Origin: Azolla caroliniana
Lineage: Eukaryota; Plantae; Polypodiophyta
DNA: 64,000 bases
Assembly (NCBI GenBank): GCA_043228905.1
Contig: JBHGNT010000069.1
Location: 1 to 64,000 of the forward strand
Reading direction: 5' to 3'
Both the position numbers and the translations under genes were made by a program. Below the pieces are notes generated by a model. The model was not told the DNA's origin, did no database searches, and saw only the letters and a program-made list of their open reading frames with translations. Shown here piece after piece: positions 49,852-64,000 of this stretch (position 1 is its first letter; the number at the start of each line of letters is the position of its first letter).

Positions 49852-50699
49852 GGAGGACAGGAAACAGAGACAGACAGTCAAAAGGAAAGAATGGGGGATG
49901 TTATATATACGAATTGAAGAAGAATCCTGCAGATTGAAGGGACATTAGTGAGAAGATTTATGCTAGAAATTCATGAAGGCAAATCATCATGCATATACTG
50001 TTATACAAATGTATGCTGATTTCTGGAGGGAAGTCAATGAATGAATAGCCTTCTCTAAGCTTAATTGAGACAAGGAAATTCCATTGGCAATGATATATCA
50101 TATATGTATAGTTTGTCAAATTTAGTAGACTATTTATTTAGCATACTATAGTCCCCAAAGCCATGCAAGGCATAAGAAGATATACATATATCGAGTGATT
50201 TTATACGAATCGCTTTAGAAGAGTGTTCGATACATATAACCAACTATGCTCGATTAGCGTAATTTACCCATCAATGCTCATCAATTTTAGATCTAATCTC
50301 TATCGTTTCTAACTAAGATTAACAATTAATTGAAGCTATTATCTAGCTCCCTAATCAATGCAAAACAAAATTATCTAATTAACAACACTATGTATTAAGC
50401 TTCAAATTTGTCAATATAGTAGTGCAAGCCCACTTTGTATAAGATCCATAGTTAGTAATCAGCGAGTTCCTTTCGAAATTATATCGTAAATGTATTTATT
50501 CCATGCATTAGATATCATTCAATCAACTATTCCCAAGGAAGTGTTGATTATGACACTATGTTCAACAAAACAAGGGAAAACAAGGGCAAGAAAGAAAACA
50601 TGAGAGAGAGAAATATATATGTATCATCATCATCCACAAAACAATAACAACCTTGAGACCTAACAAAGATTAAAGTTGTTTATATGAACTCACGATCAC

Positions 50700-52000
50700 T
50701 AACAACAAAATGCAACATGTCTCTATTATTTTGCTTCCCATATTGAAATAACTTGAACATGACCAACATAGCAACCACCACCAAATTAACTTTGGTACCA
50801 AATCATGGGAATTGTAGCCCTTACAAGATATTCATCGTTTCCAATTATGGGTGATGATGGCTTTAATCTTCTTTCCAAGATTGATTCATTGAGATCGTGG
50901 TTTAGATTTATATCATTGACATAAACAACAAAGAGCAATGGCCCTATCCAATATTGATCCTCTAAGCAATTAATGCAAGTTGGTCTTCATACGGACCAAT
51001 ATAGGAGAGAATGTTCTTATATTTAATACCACATGAAAAGGGGAAAAAATAAATTCCCCATACATAAAAGGAAGTAAAAGTGCCTTCAAATTTTGAGTAT
51101 CCTAATATGGAGCTCACCAAGCAATATCTTATCATCTCATTTAGTGCCTACTTATTTATTTGCTTGTTGGCTCAACATAGCTCCCGTTAAAGTTCCATAT
51201 AATTACATAGACTCCGCTTATTCATTCAACTTAAAATTCTGTATAGCAGACCACTATCACAAAAAGTAGTCATTGAGTGCATGCAAAGCATCATAACTGA
51301 TTCTATCATTACACTCAATAATCTATACAAAGGAGTTATCCAAAAGAAGAATGAGAATTTTAATCATAGCTATAGAAGTATCATCCATCGTTAAGATCAC
51401 AAGGATCAAGTAAGTCTTTGTCTTGACCCAATGATCTTACATAATGGCAACGACCATAACACTCTTTACCCTTTATCATAAGGTTTGGGCATCAACGCGA
51501 CTAACTCCAACCTTGTCCTTTTATTAATTAAGCATCATAATAATATTTATTCAACCTTCATGAAAAAGAAAGTTTTCAATCCCAAGACCATCCACTTTCA
51601 TTCAAATGCCTACATCTACATTGCACAAACTGAACTACTAGTGCCAATGAATACAATGGTTCTCATTTGTGCTTCAAGTCCTTTGCAACTACAAAAGCAC
51701 TATGCACATCCTCAATGCACACACAATCTAATTCCCCTAACCATGACGTGCACTTTCAATATTAACATCCATCTTTCCATTCCCCTTGCAAAATAATATT
51801 GTTTGTATTTTATATTGCAAATGCTCTCTAATCATTGCCTATGTACTTCACACAAATGTGTTCATGGTCTTTATTAGTTGTTACCATGCCCTTGTTCACT
51901 TGTGTGATTCTAGTATTTTCAATGATACCAAGACCACATTCATGGATCAGTTTCACCAACTAAGAGTTCTGAGATTATATATTATCAGTTTTAAATCTTT
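50700..52000 (-). mobile_element. Possible decayed LINE remnant
   Basis: Weak RT-like peptides on the minus strand (FFMKVE near 51560, DDTSI near 51320). Confidence 0.3.
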
Positions 52001-52939
52001 GAAATTTCATCACGATCAATTTTTCATGAAATCATGAGAATTTGAGGGATACTAGGGAGTTTTCAGCTTGTTAAAATATGAGGGCTATACTAGGGATTCC
52101 ATGAAAATGAGAGGTATTTTCGTGAGACTTTTTAGAAGGTGGAAATCTTCATCTAACTCTATTCATAAGGCAGATTCAAGCACATATTACAAGTCGGAAG
52201 GATGTAGACTAGTTGAAAAAGACGTGCACAAATTTGAAATTTATCTGCATTATAAATTATTACTCTGTATCACATGCACTATTCAAACCGTAATGCATAT
52301 AAAGAATAGCATGCTCTTAAAAATAAAGCCTAAAGGTTTCATGGTTATCTTATTATTCTCATGTACACACTTTTGAATGGCAATTGTATTCTAATCAAAC
52401 ACCTCGGGTTTTTGGGGCACCTGTGTCAAAGTTTTTAAAAAAATCAAATCAGACACCCAAACAAAAGTTCACGACTGAGATAAAGCTCGATACATCAACT
52501 AGGCTGACAAAGGACTTCCAGACTTAGCTTTTAAAGAAACTGTCGATGAACGGAAGAACTTGAATGAGTCACTTCCATTATGAAATTCCACATAGTTTGG
52601 GTACAAAGGGATCGAAGCATATTTACTTGTATGCATCCTCTTTCTCAGTTTTGGAATGCTTTCAAAAGCAACACAAACACAAAGTTTGATAATGGGCATG
52701 GCATTCTTCACCAAGCTGCAAGATGCAAACATTAGATTTTTCCTGATTTCATATGAAGTTGAAATCTTCAGAATGCCTGTGATGGATTTTATGCCCAATA
52801 ATGCCTCACATTAGGAATTGATTTGAGCTCGATGCCTTTTGCGGAGGTTTTGTATCATATATCTGAGAAAAAGAGAAATGACAACCATTCTTGAAGGTAA
52901 AGAAGAAATATGCAACCATAAATTCATCCCTTGTTGATG

Positions 52940-55900
52940 CTACAGTGTGCCCAAAGAAGGTGGAGGATTCATCCCTCCTTGAGTATTATTTGTATAGCTC
53001 AGAATATTTGTCTGTGAATTAAATTTATCAACCCTGCAATGATATCAAATGATGATAAAATACTATAAAAATATGTTCCATGATATTTAAAAATCATCAT
53101 TTTGGGACAAAATAAAAAACAGAACACTTCACAACATCAGATTTATTTTTTCTAAAATGAAGCCTAGTGTAACTTACACGTGGTAACTTAGGGCCGACAT
53201 TCGGTATAGACTTGCAAAAACAAGAAGGTGAAGCCCAATGGAATAAAAGAAGACAAACGTTCGAGCATATCTGAAAACACATCAGAGTGGAGGGTGGAGA
53301 GTGATTAAGAAATTGTCCCTAATGATCTCTGCAATGATATTCTCAAGAGGGAATAGAACATCTAATATTTTTAGCTTACTTGTTCCCTAGAAGAAATCGA
53401 CCACTTGTCAAGGTGATCTTATCTCTTAAGCCTAGCTCTTTGTACCTACGTTCCTTCTCCTGAAAACGAAAAAAATAGGCCTTTGATATTTGATTTGGTG
53501 CTGTAAAACATTGCAAAGATAATTTGATCAGTCTCATCTACTTTACCTTTTTTGAAAACGCCACAAATGGATTTATGTCATCTTCATACATCTTTCGGTA
53601 CTTCGACTCAACATCTGAGCTAAAACCTGTTTCTACATCCTCACCACGCTGAGGAAACAATAATGTTAACTCTTTTATGGAGAAAAAAATAGAACATGTG
53701 ACCTTTGAAATTAACACTTCAAGACCTTCTTCGATCCTCTTGAGAATGGACGGTCTTGAGTGTAGTCTTGTATATACCGAATCTTCTCATAAAGTTTCAC
53801 ATTGTCTGCCTTACATTTCTCTAGTTCTACGGCAAGAGACTTGTTCTTATCTTGCAGGTGCCTCAACTCCTATAGGGTTCAGCAAACATGAGAGAATACA
53901 CAAAATTATGTTCAGGAAATACCTCTTAACAAGCAAAGGTAAGAAAGCTTTACCTCCTCTGTGTCCCTTAGGCGTTGTCGAAACCTGTCCCTCTGATTGC
54001 AGATCACTTGAAGCATTGAGGTCTGTTCTTCACCCTCCTTCCCTTGCTTCAATCCACCCTGTTTACATCATCATAAAAATATAGCTCTAAAAACTGTTGC
54101 TTACTGTCAAACCACATGTTCCCTTGAGTTTCATGCATATAATTAAATGAAATAAGAAAATCTAAGATAAAAACCTCAATAATGTCTGTTATTCCCAATC
54201 CTGGAAGATCCCAATCATCCACCTTGCTGGCTCGCTTGTCTATAGAATTAGAGCCCTGAAGTAAAATCCATGATGTGCTGATTTATTTCAGTAACTTAAG
54301 AGTTACAGTGACAAAATCCATTTCATCTCCCTTATTTTTATTTTGGCAGGGTGTCTGAGAGGATCACGTACCATAAGAATATCTTCTTCGAGTTTCGCTA
54401 TGAGTTGCTGCTGCTGCTCAAGTTTAATTTCTAACTCTTTAGCATTGGCTTTGGATAGTTCTATGACATTTATCTTCTCTGCCAATTGTACCTATTAACA
54501 AAACAAATGCCAATTTACAAAATGTATCATTCACAAGAAATTCTATGAGATTGGCGTAGGTGTTTCTACCTTTAACTGAGTTAGCTCATGCTCCATTTTC
54601 CGGTTTTTGTCAAGCAGTAATGCTTCAAGCTTACTCATATCTTGCGCTGTAGCTGCCAATTCCCAGTCTTCAGCTTCAATGGAATTATAACCAACAGCCT
54701 AGACAAATTCAACATAAATAGCACTTCAACTTTGAACATGAGCTTAATATATATTGCTAAACTTCCTCCTACAAAATTTAGTATAATTCTCATGCACATT
54801 TCTATTGAGACTTTTTCTCATATGAAAGTTTACGAGGTGAAATTTTATATTGTGAACCTTCTAGTCTTCTGCTACAAAACATTACATAGGATGATTTTTT
54901 AGGGTTACGGACAATTAAAAAACATTTAGGGCACAAGGTGACATACATTAAGAGAACATTTTCATATGAAAGCTTAGCACAATATTATTTTATTTTATGA
55001 TAATAATCAATATTTAATACCTGTAAAATCTTCACTTGTTTCCGAAGATCTTCCATTTGCTTAATTGTTGGCCTTTGCTCTAAGTTTTGTTGTAGCTCGT
55101 CTATATTCGACATCTGTAAGAACATGATAAGCTAAGGAAAATGCCAAATACATAGAGCAACACGATCATATTCATTAAATATTCACACAACATCAAGGAA
55201 GGTATAGGCCATTCCCCCTCATTCTCAATCTCATGAAAAATGTAAAATTTGAGGATATTACCTTCTCATTCATCAATGTGTTTAACTTTTTAAGCTCCGA
55301 GATATGCTGTTCACGCTCTACTGATAATTGACTTTCAAGGGTATGCAGTTCAGCATGCAATTCGGCTATGATTCTCTCCTTCTCTATCAGCGATGCTTCC
55401 AAATTGCTGCTTGAACTGATGTCTGACCTGTTGTTCCCAAATTCACATATTGAAATACCACAATATATGAAAAGGGTGATGGTTAGGAAAGAGAAATAGG
55501 AACATGAGTGACCTCTCTTGCATGTGGTTTTCCTGACCATGAGCAGCCTGAAGTTGAGATCTCAAATGATCCTGCATTGAAGAGTGCCAGAAGCTAATTC
55601 AAGCAAAGCATAGGACAGATGAACTTCATAAATGCAGGAAGAAAATGAGCACCTTCTCCCTTTCAAGGCTTAGTAATCTACTTTGTGCTCGCTCAACTTC
55701 ATCTGTCAGCAAATTAAGTTCTGATTGTTTCGCTGCCCTTTCTTCTTCAGTCTGAGTTCGAAATTCGAACAATTGGCTCTGGCCATAGTCATGAAGTCGC
55801 TGCATGTTCTGCACCGTCTCCTTAGCTGCTCGCAGTTGGTCTTGTAGAGATTGTTCTCTATACATTATGGAAGCTAAACACTCCGTTCTACACGATATAT

Positions 55901-58900
55901 TAAATTTCTAAATTGGAAAGCATATTCTAAACGCAAACCTGTCCTTCAGAACCTCCAACATTTTCTGGTTCTCTTCAGCTAAACTCCTCTTGTTCATTTC
56001 AACTATTTCCTTAATTTTCTCTTCCATCTACAACAAACATCAAACCTTCTCAAGATAATAGCACCTAATACAACCTTATAGCATCTACATTGACAATTGA
56101 AATCACCTGTTGCTCCAGTTGTCGATTACGCTCTTCCAGCCTCCTAACTGTTGCTTGCTGGTTTCTAAGATGCGCAGATTCTGCTCGATATTCTTCCAGT
56201 TCATGTTTCATCTTCCGGTTCTCTGACTCTAACTCTGCCACCTTTGCAGACAGCTCCTGAAATAGTAATGAAAAAGTGCTGGATACCAATTAGAGACAAG
56301 TATACAATTGTGAAGAGAAAGAAATTAAAAACAGTAACTCAAACCTGAGAAAAATGAACTTCAAAAATCAAAGTTTCATCAGAAAAAACAGCAAGCAAAG
56401 ACAGAATCATGAAATAGAATCGGCATTTGATTGCCCAGCTCATAAGTTCAAGACTACGAATGCATTACTCCTCCATTGCTACACTAAGAACAGTGACAGT
56501 TTAGAATCCTAAATCACCCATCAATATTTTCCATGCATAATGAAATAAAATGCGTTTCAGCTTCAATTGAAGAATTAAAATACACAAACAAGGATATAAA
56601 TGTTATGTTTTGAAAGATTTTCTTCTTTAAACCTCTTAACTTAATATGGCTGATATTCCCCACAACACACACACATGTATAGGTATGTCTGCACACATAT
56701 ATACACCTAAACACATGTCATATATAGACCACATGAGAGCAGAGAGATGCAATATATGATTCAACATACCGTAGCTGATGCAAGTGCTGGAACAGGATCT
56801 GGAGCTTCATAAAGTTTTTGGTAGATAGTCAGAAAAGCATTCTCGCCAAATTTGGCTCGTTTAGTTAGATTATCTACTTCCTCCTGATATCCTTTGAGCA
56901 AAGATGAAAACAACTTTTGTTTGTCTTCAGACGATGCCTTCTTGAAATCTGTAAAACCAACATTCTCTCAGAAATACTACGTCTAAAGGTTAAGTTAATA
57001 TAAACTGAAGAGAATAGGAAGAAGACAATACCTCGGGTGCTTTCAGCAAGTTTTCTCCTGTTTTTCAGACTTGACTCTTGACTTTCTCCAATCTGTAAAC
57101 CTTGTTCATCTAGCTTGCTACGCTCACTATCAAGATCAAAATCTGCACGGCAGATGAATGTCAGAAATACAACATCACATAAACCAATTAGAATATACTC
57201 CTAGGAATGATTTATCATAGATGTTTCGGGACCTCGAGCATTAACTCGGTAGACAAAGAATCCAGAATTTGATAGAAACAAAGTAAATCTAATCTCTGTT
57301 TGCTCAACTCTAGAGAAACCAAAACAGCTTGCTATTGATCTAATTCTAAGGTGTGCTCCTAATCAAGGACCTTATCATGTCAGTACAGTAAACCAAGTCT
57401 CAATTATAAGCAAGCGTTCACAAAATAGTTTATTTTGGATTGTATGATTTTATGGTTACACACGTTGGCTTTGATTGATGGTCCAGTAACATTCAAAGAA
57501 TGATAAACAACTGAGTTTTTTTCGCTTTGAAATTTTGCGAGCACATTCTTTGATCACATTGTTATTTTCCCCAAATTGGAGGAAGCGCATCAACAACATT
57601 TCAAGAACTCTACAAACACCAATTGGTGGTAAATAATGAGAGAAGAAATTACTTCTAGAAGAGATAAACTTCTTGTGTCAAAGGGTAAGGATGAAACCTG
57701 CCACAATAGTAACAATACGGTTATATGTTTACAGCAGTGAACGTGATGTTTATAGCTTACAATAATGGGATTGCATTCCTACCACAGGAGGTGTGTCATG
57801 TGCGTTTCGTAGACCGCATCAGGTTTACAAGTATCAACTAAAGAGAAAAATGACTTTTACATGAACCCTACAGAGATGGCAACCTAAAGTTGATCAAAGC
57901 AAAGTAGCATACTGGAAACTGTTACCAAAATATCAATAAAGCTATGTGAAGATCACAAAGGCAAGAGAATGTTCCATATCATCATAGAAGAGAGGTTTTT
58001 GTTGATTGCTTCTTAATTTTCAAAGGAACAGCTAAAAAGATGGAAGGCAAGGATATGCACTGATTTACCCTTTCAAAAGTAATTGATCAAATCAATGATG
58101 TATTAGTTTAAATGTGATCATTGGAAATTTCGTAATGCCTTTCATATAAACTTTCTCAGTCTTTCAAAGGGAATATACTTTCAGTTTTTATGTAATGAGA
58201 CTACTTAATTATGTCATTGACGTCCATGTCATGGAATAACACAAACTGCAATACATTGCATAGGATACTCAAGTGAGGCCACACAATAACTACAAGACTA
58301 AGATATTACAACCCGTAAAAAGCAGTCCACTACAGCCAAAATATAAATAATTAGAATGGTAAAACCCTCCCCACACACACAAAAGGAGCGGTCTAAAGAG
58401 TTAAAGACAAGTATTGAAACATACAAACTAAGAAAATCAGCTGTCTGCACATAACAATCAAGCACAAGAACATGCCTCGCCTGGATGATGGTGTTCATTC
58501 CGATAAAAAATATAAGAATGGGACTTGGAACTCTTCTCTTAGAAGATATCGAACACAAGTAAATTGATCGATTACATAAGGATACTCCAGTTCTAAAGTA
58601 CTCATTCTAGTTTGACACCTCTAATACTATAGTTGGAAACATACCATTATATAAAATCCTTTGTTCTAACCTAATACAATTATTTTCATTTCACAAAGTT
58701 CAATTAGCAGTTCGACCAATAATGTTCCTTGTCAATCTCTTTCTTCATGAAGCTCAATGAGAACAATATGAACCAATAGTGTGCCTTGTCAAACTAATCA
58801 TTAATCTGCTGCCAATGCGAACCTGAGCTGATTGAATTTGGATGGGCCACATGCTATTGTAGAAACATCAATAATTCAATCCTCGTAAGCCTAGAGCTTA

Positions 58901-59587
58901 GAAACACATCTGTAAGTAGGAGAGGGAATGAACTCTTATTGTTGTGAAGCTGTGCACTTGAAGATGTAAAGTAATACATTGAGAAAAATAGTGTGACCCC
59001 AGTATATCCCAAAAAATTAGGTAAACACAAAATCTTTTGCAAGCCTTTGGTTTCATGAAGATCACATTTGTGCCAGGAGATACTATCATGACATATATAC
59101 ACACATATATGTATGCATATATGTGTGTGTATGTATGTATTATTACATACAGCCATATGCACATACATATGCATACATGTAGACTCACAATATACGCACT
59201 CACACATACATACACAAACATTGACCTCAATATATAAATATACATTTTTTCCATTCATACACACATCGCAGATATCTATAGAAAGATAAATAGATAGATA
59301 GATAGATAGATAGATAGATGGTTATGTTCCTTTCGAGTCTAGTAGAAATTGGAAGGATGGATCGTAGAAATGGCAAGCAGCAGGAATTTGTGAGTAATCA
59401 GGAGTGGCAAATTCCCTTTTCATTTAGTCGAGACACGAATCATACCTTTCCAGTAATTGAAAACAAGGGCGATGGAGGACGCAGGGCTGAAACCGAGGGC
59501 TCCAACCTTCACCTTCAACTCTTTCTCTTTCTCTTTCTCTTTCTCTTTCTCTGGCTCTGATCGATCCAAACCCATTGTCTCCTCCAT
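52940..59587 (-). CDS. CASP: Golgin CASP (CUX1 alternatively spliced product / Coy1 homologue), about 18 exons
   Basis: YWK|DFDLD..LDEQG..RRKLAESTR|DFKK..LLKGYQEEVDNLTKRAKFGENAFL..EAPDP; coiled coils; SMLQVICNQRDRFR; ADNVKLYEKIRY; YEDDINPF; TM segment RTFVFFYSIGLHLLVF; stop at 52940. Confidence 0.93.
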
Positions 59588-59829
59588 GATGTTCCTGTTG
59601 AAGGATCGAGGGAGATCGGGAGCAGGGATGAGAAAAAATAACCCTGACTACAGAGTTCCGATGATCCGAACAGGGAAAAGATCAGATTCATTACTAATGC
59701 TGCGTGTTAGATACATATACATGCATGCATACATGTATACATGTATTATGTATACATGTATGTAGTATGGATGTAGTATGGATGTACATGCATGCATACA
59801 TGTAATGATGTATGTAGTATGTATGTATG

Positions 59830-60450
59830 CGTTGGAAAAATACTCCTATATGTGTCCGGAGACACTAGCTCTTGGTACATGAGTGTAGTGAGTTGGTTAC
59901 TTGCAAATGGTATAGACGTTAATAACCTGTCTCCCCTTAAGTACAACCATGGGACTGATCAAACTTTAATCTCTCGCGAAGATCGTAATAAAGTAATGCG
60001 CCAAGAAATATGGCAAATTTACACCCGATTTAAATGGATCACCCCACAAGAGTCATTCCGATCTAAAATGTTGTATTATAAGGAACACTTCTTTCACTTC
60101 TCTAAGTTAGGTTTTATTACACGACCAAAATATCTAGATACATTCTTATCAATTTCACTAAGGGTGGCCATTGGACAACTTAGGATATCATCTCACCAAC
60201 TTGAGATTGAGAATGGTCATACTAATAGAGTCCCTGGAGAGGAAAGGATATGTAGATTATGTCACATAGAGATAGAGGATGAGTATCACTTACGTGCAAG
60301 TGTCCAACTTGTACCAAAATAAGGGCGAAATACCAAGACATACTAGGACTCTCTCCCACCCTCTCCAGACTATTAGATACCTCGGATATAAAGAGACTGG
60401 GTAGGTATATCTTAGAGCTAACCCAACATAGGGAGAAAAAATAAAAAAGT
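59830..60450 (+). mobile_element. LINE 3' fragment (RTE-like C-terminal zinc finger) between CASP and polyubiquitin
   Basis: QLRISSHQLEIENG..EERICRLC..EIEDEYH. Confidence 0.85.
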
Positions 60451-62052
60451 GCTAACCATAACCCTTTTAGTATTCACCAACATGTAACTAATGTAATTGT
60501 AGATATACATATACTTCCACACCCTCTTGGGCACATACATTCTTGGAGGCACTCTCTTATTCTTATACAATAACTAAACACACAATTGTGCACATCCACG
60601 CACATATGTCGACTGGCAAACAACGAAGTGTTCTTACGCATCAAGAAAGGGATTTGCCAAGTGCGTGTTTACATGTTTTCATGTATGTTGAACTTCAACA
60701 ATTTTTTTGAAGAACGTCATCCTCTAGTCCGTCTTCTCTAGTTCGAGGCCCTCGTGGTTGCTCACAATTTCATATGCATGCATAGATCTCTATGAGAACA
60801 TGATAGCGACTTGTTGTTCACGGTGTAACATATTAACACAGTGTAACATATTTAAGTGGTACTTACACAATTGTCATGCATGCATTCAACAAAACCTCTT
60901 TTAACTTTAAGAAAATATTTTGTTGTTACATTAGGTAGCACACCCACACGGTGTTTATGCATGCCATTTTGTCATCGTTTATAGTTTCACATGTTTTACC
61001 TTATCTATTTTCAAAGAACTCAAATTGTATGGGTGCATTCATGCTTCGTGAGATGCAACATTGCCATTGTGGTTCGTTGGTGGAATTCAATTCGTATTGA
61101 ATGAAGGAAACATAATATATAAATCATCCCAAATTTATCACTTTTTACTAGACCTAATATCGTAAACTAAAGGAAGGGACATGTGTTGGTTAGTAGTGAG
61201 GTCATGAAGAAAAGTTTTTGAGATCCCACACAACGAATCACTCTATTCAAGTTCAATTGCCTAGAGTAAATTTTTTGGATACAATAGAATCCATGCTAAG
61301 TTACAAATCAAATCTAAAATGATTATAAATAGACAATTGAAATCAAACCTATGATCTTCATGTATGTATCAAGTTTTGCATGAATATGGAGAATGCTTAA
61401 ACTAAAAGTGTTATCATGAGCTTTATTATGACAATTGAAAATTCAAGGAACAAGGAGAAGAAGAAAATTAGGCCTAACGGTATATAAGAGTGATTTTATC
61501 ATTTAAGGGTTTGTAATGAAGACCTCTTTTTTGGCTCTTGAATGTCTCATTGTTGACACTCGTCGATTTATAAAGATTGTTCCGATATGGGGAAAAAGGT
61601 TGTCAAAGAAAGCTAAACTAATAAGTTTAAGAATTACACACCACACTCAATATACCATTTAAATGGTCAACTTGGCCCTTGTATTAACCTCAGTAGGAAT
61701 GAACAAATATTTTGACGGTAGTATGAAACAAGCATAGTGAATTTGCAATATGGGAAAGTTATGGAAGACCATACAGTTGATCCCACTGTGTTGATTGACA
61801 ATGGCTATTTTGTTATACTATTGAGAAAAACGAGGAAATTAATTGGTAGAGTTATAAATGTTTTACCATCAACTCGTTTGATTTACAAAGTTCATCAAGC
61901 AATCCATTTTTTGAAATGGTTATAAGGCCTAGTAATTCGCCCGGTGGTTGTCCGGGCACATGGACAGACCCGCGATTGTTATCTTTCAACCGGGAGAACC
62001 CCCCACCCTAATGTAATTCGAGAGTAGAAAGCGTTGAATGAAGGAGTTCTCT

Positions 62053-62067
62053 AGAAGGTTCTAGAAG
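62053..62067. promoter_or_regulatory. Heat-shock element (three inverted nGAAn units)
   Basis: AGAAG GTTCT AGAAG, ~100 bp upstream of the TATA box. Confidence 0.75.
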
Positions 62068-62122
62068 AAAAAAGAAGTCTTTGGCAGAAATCAACGGCGG
62101 AGCGAAGAGTGGGTAGCACGGC

Positions 62123-62175
62123 GCCACGTGGCAAACTGTCCACCGACCAACTTCCACAGTATATGTGTATATATA
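62123..62175 (+). promoter_or_regulatory. Core promoter cluster: palindromic G-box (62123-62132), DRE/CRT core ACCGAC (62142-62147), TATA box (62168-62175)
   Basis: GCCACGTGGC, ACCGAC, TATATATA; telo-box AAACCCTAA at 62244. Confidence 0.7.
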
Positions 62176-62333
62176 GCGCCATACAGCCCACCCCGATCTT
62201 CATCATATTTGCTCGTCTTCTTCAATCGCCTGCCTGTTGACGGAAACCCTAACCCTAACACCTCCCCGAAGCAGTAGCTGCTAACCCTAAACCTAGCAAG
62301 GAAATCTTCCCTAACCGCGTCCCCCGGCCCTGA

Positions 62334-63794
<1,461 letters not shown>

Positions 63795-64000
63795 AGTCAA
63801 ATGTCTTTTTATGTTAAGTTCTCGTAGTAATGCTTTTCATGTTGGGACTATGAAAATCTTGTTTGGAAATACTTTGCTACTGGCTAAATTGTAGTAGTGC
63901 TGCTTTTCTCTGCTACATGGAATAATATAATACACTTTTTGACATCGTTCTGTTCTGATTATCATAACTTAATTAAGTTTGGATTATATCTATACTATCG

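Noticed and set aside
50182-50495. Possible MITE with degenerate inverted ends
   Set aside because: Inverted similarity is weak and there is no clear TSD

Overview
Eukaryotic, land-plant nuclear DNA. A fern is the best guess, inferred from the style of the PPR remnants, the microsatellite richness and the divergent E2; it is not provable from this window. Positions ~1-36 kb are nested retrotransposons. A GC-rich Gypsy element sits inside a decayed Copia. A chromovirus (12530-26882) splits a PPR pseudogene and itself carries four insertions of the GC-rich, tRNA-Trp-primed Gypsy family. There is also a further solo LTR, LINE remnants, a small non-coding LTR element, a 362-bp tandem array and an intronless SAC/FIG4 phosphatase fragment. 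Positions ~39-64 kb hold four intact genes: a RAD6-like E2 (6 exons), a DOXC 2-oxoglutarate dioxygenase (4 exons, first intron GC-AG), the golgin CASP (~18 exons) and a hexameric polyubiquitin. The strongest unexplained signal is in the tRNA-Trp Gypsy family. It makes 4-bp target-site duplications, and at all six insertions the flanking 4-mer is, or reconstructs to, N-CG-N, suggesting CpG-directed integration by an integrase that has no chromodomain. The same family has co-varying hairpins at the U5 end and upstream of the PPT. Other highlights are a 198-bp zero-mismatch tract within otherwise diverged LTRs and an Ala28Thr ubiquitin variant encoded by three different codons. All alignments and counts were done by eye.
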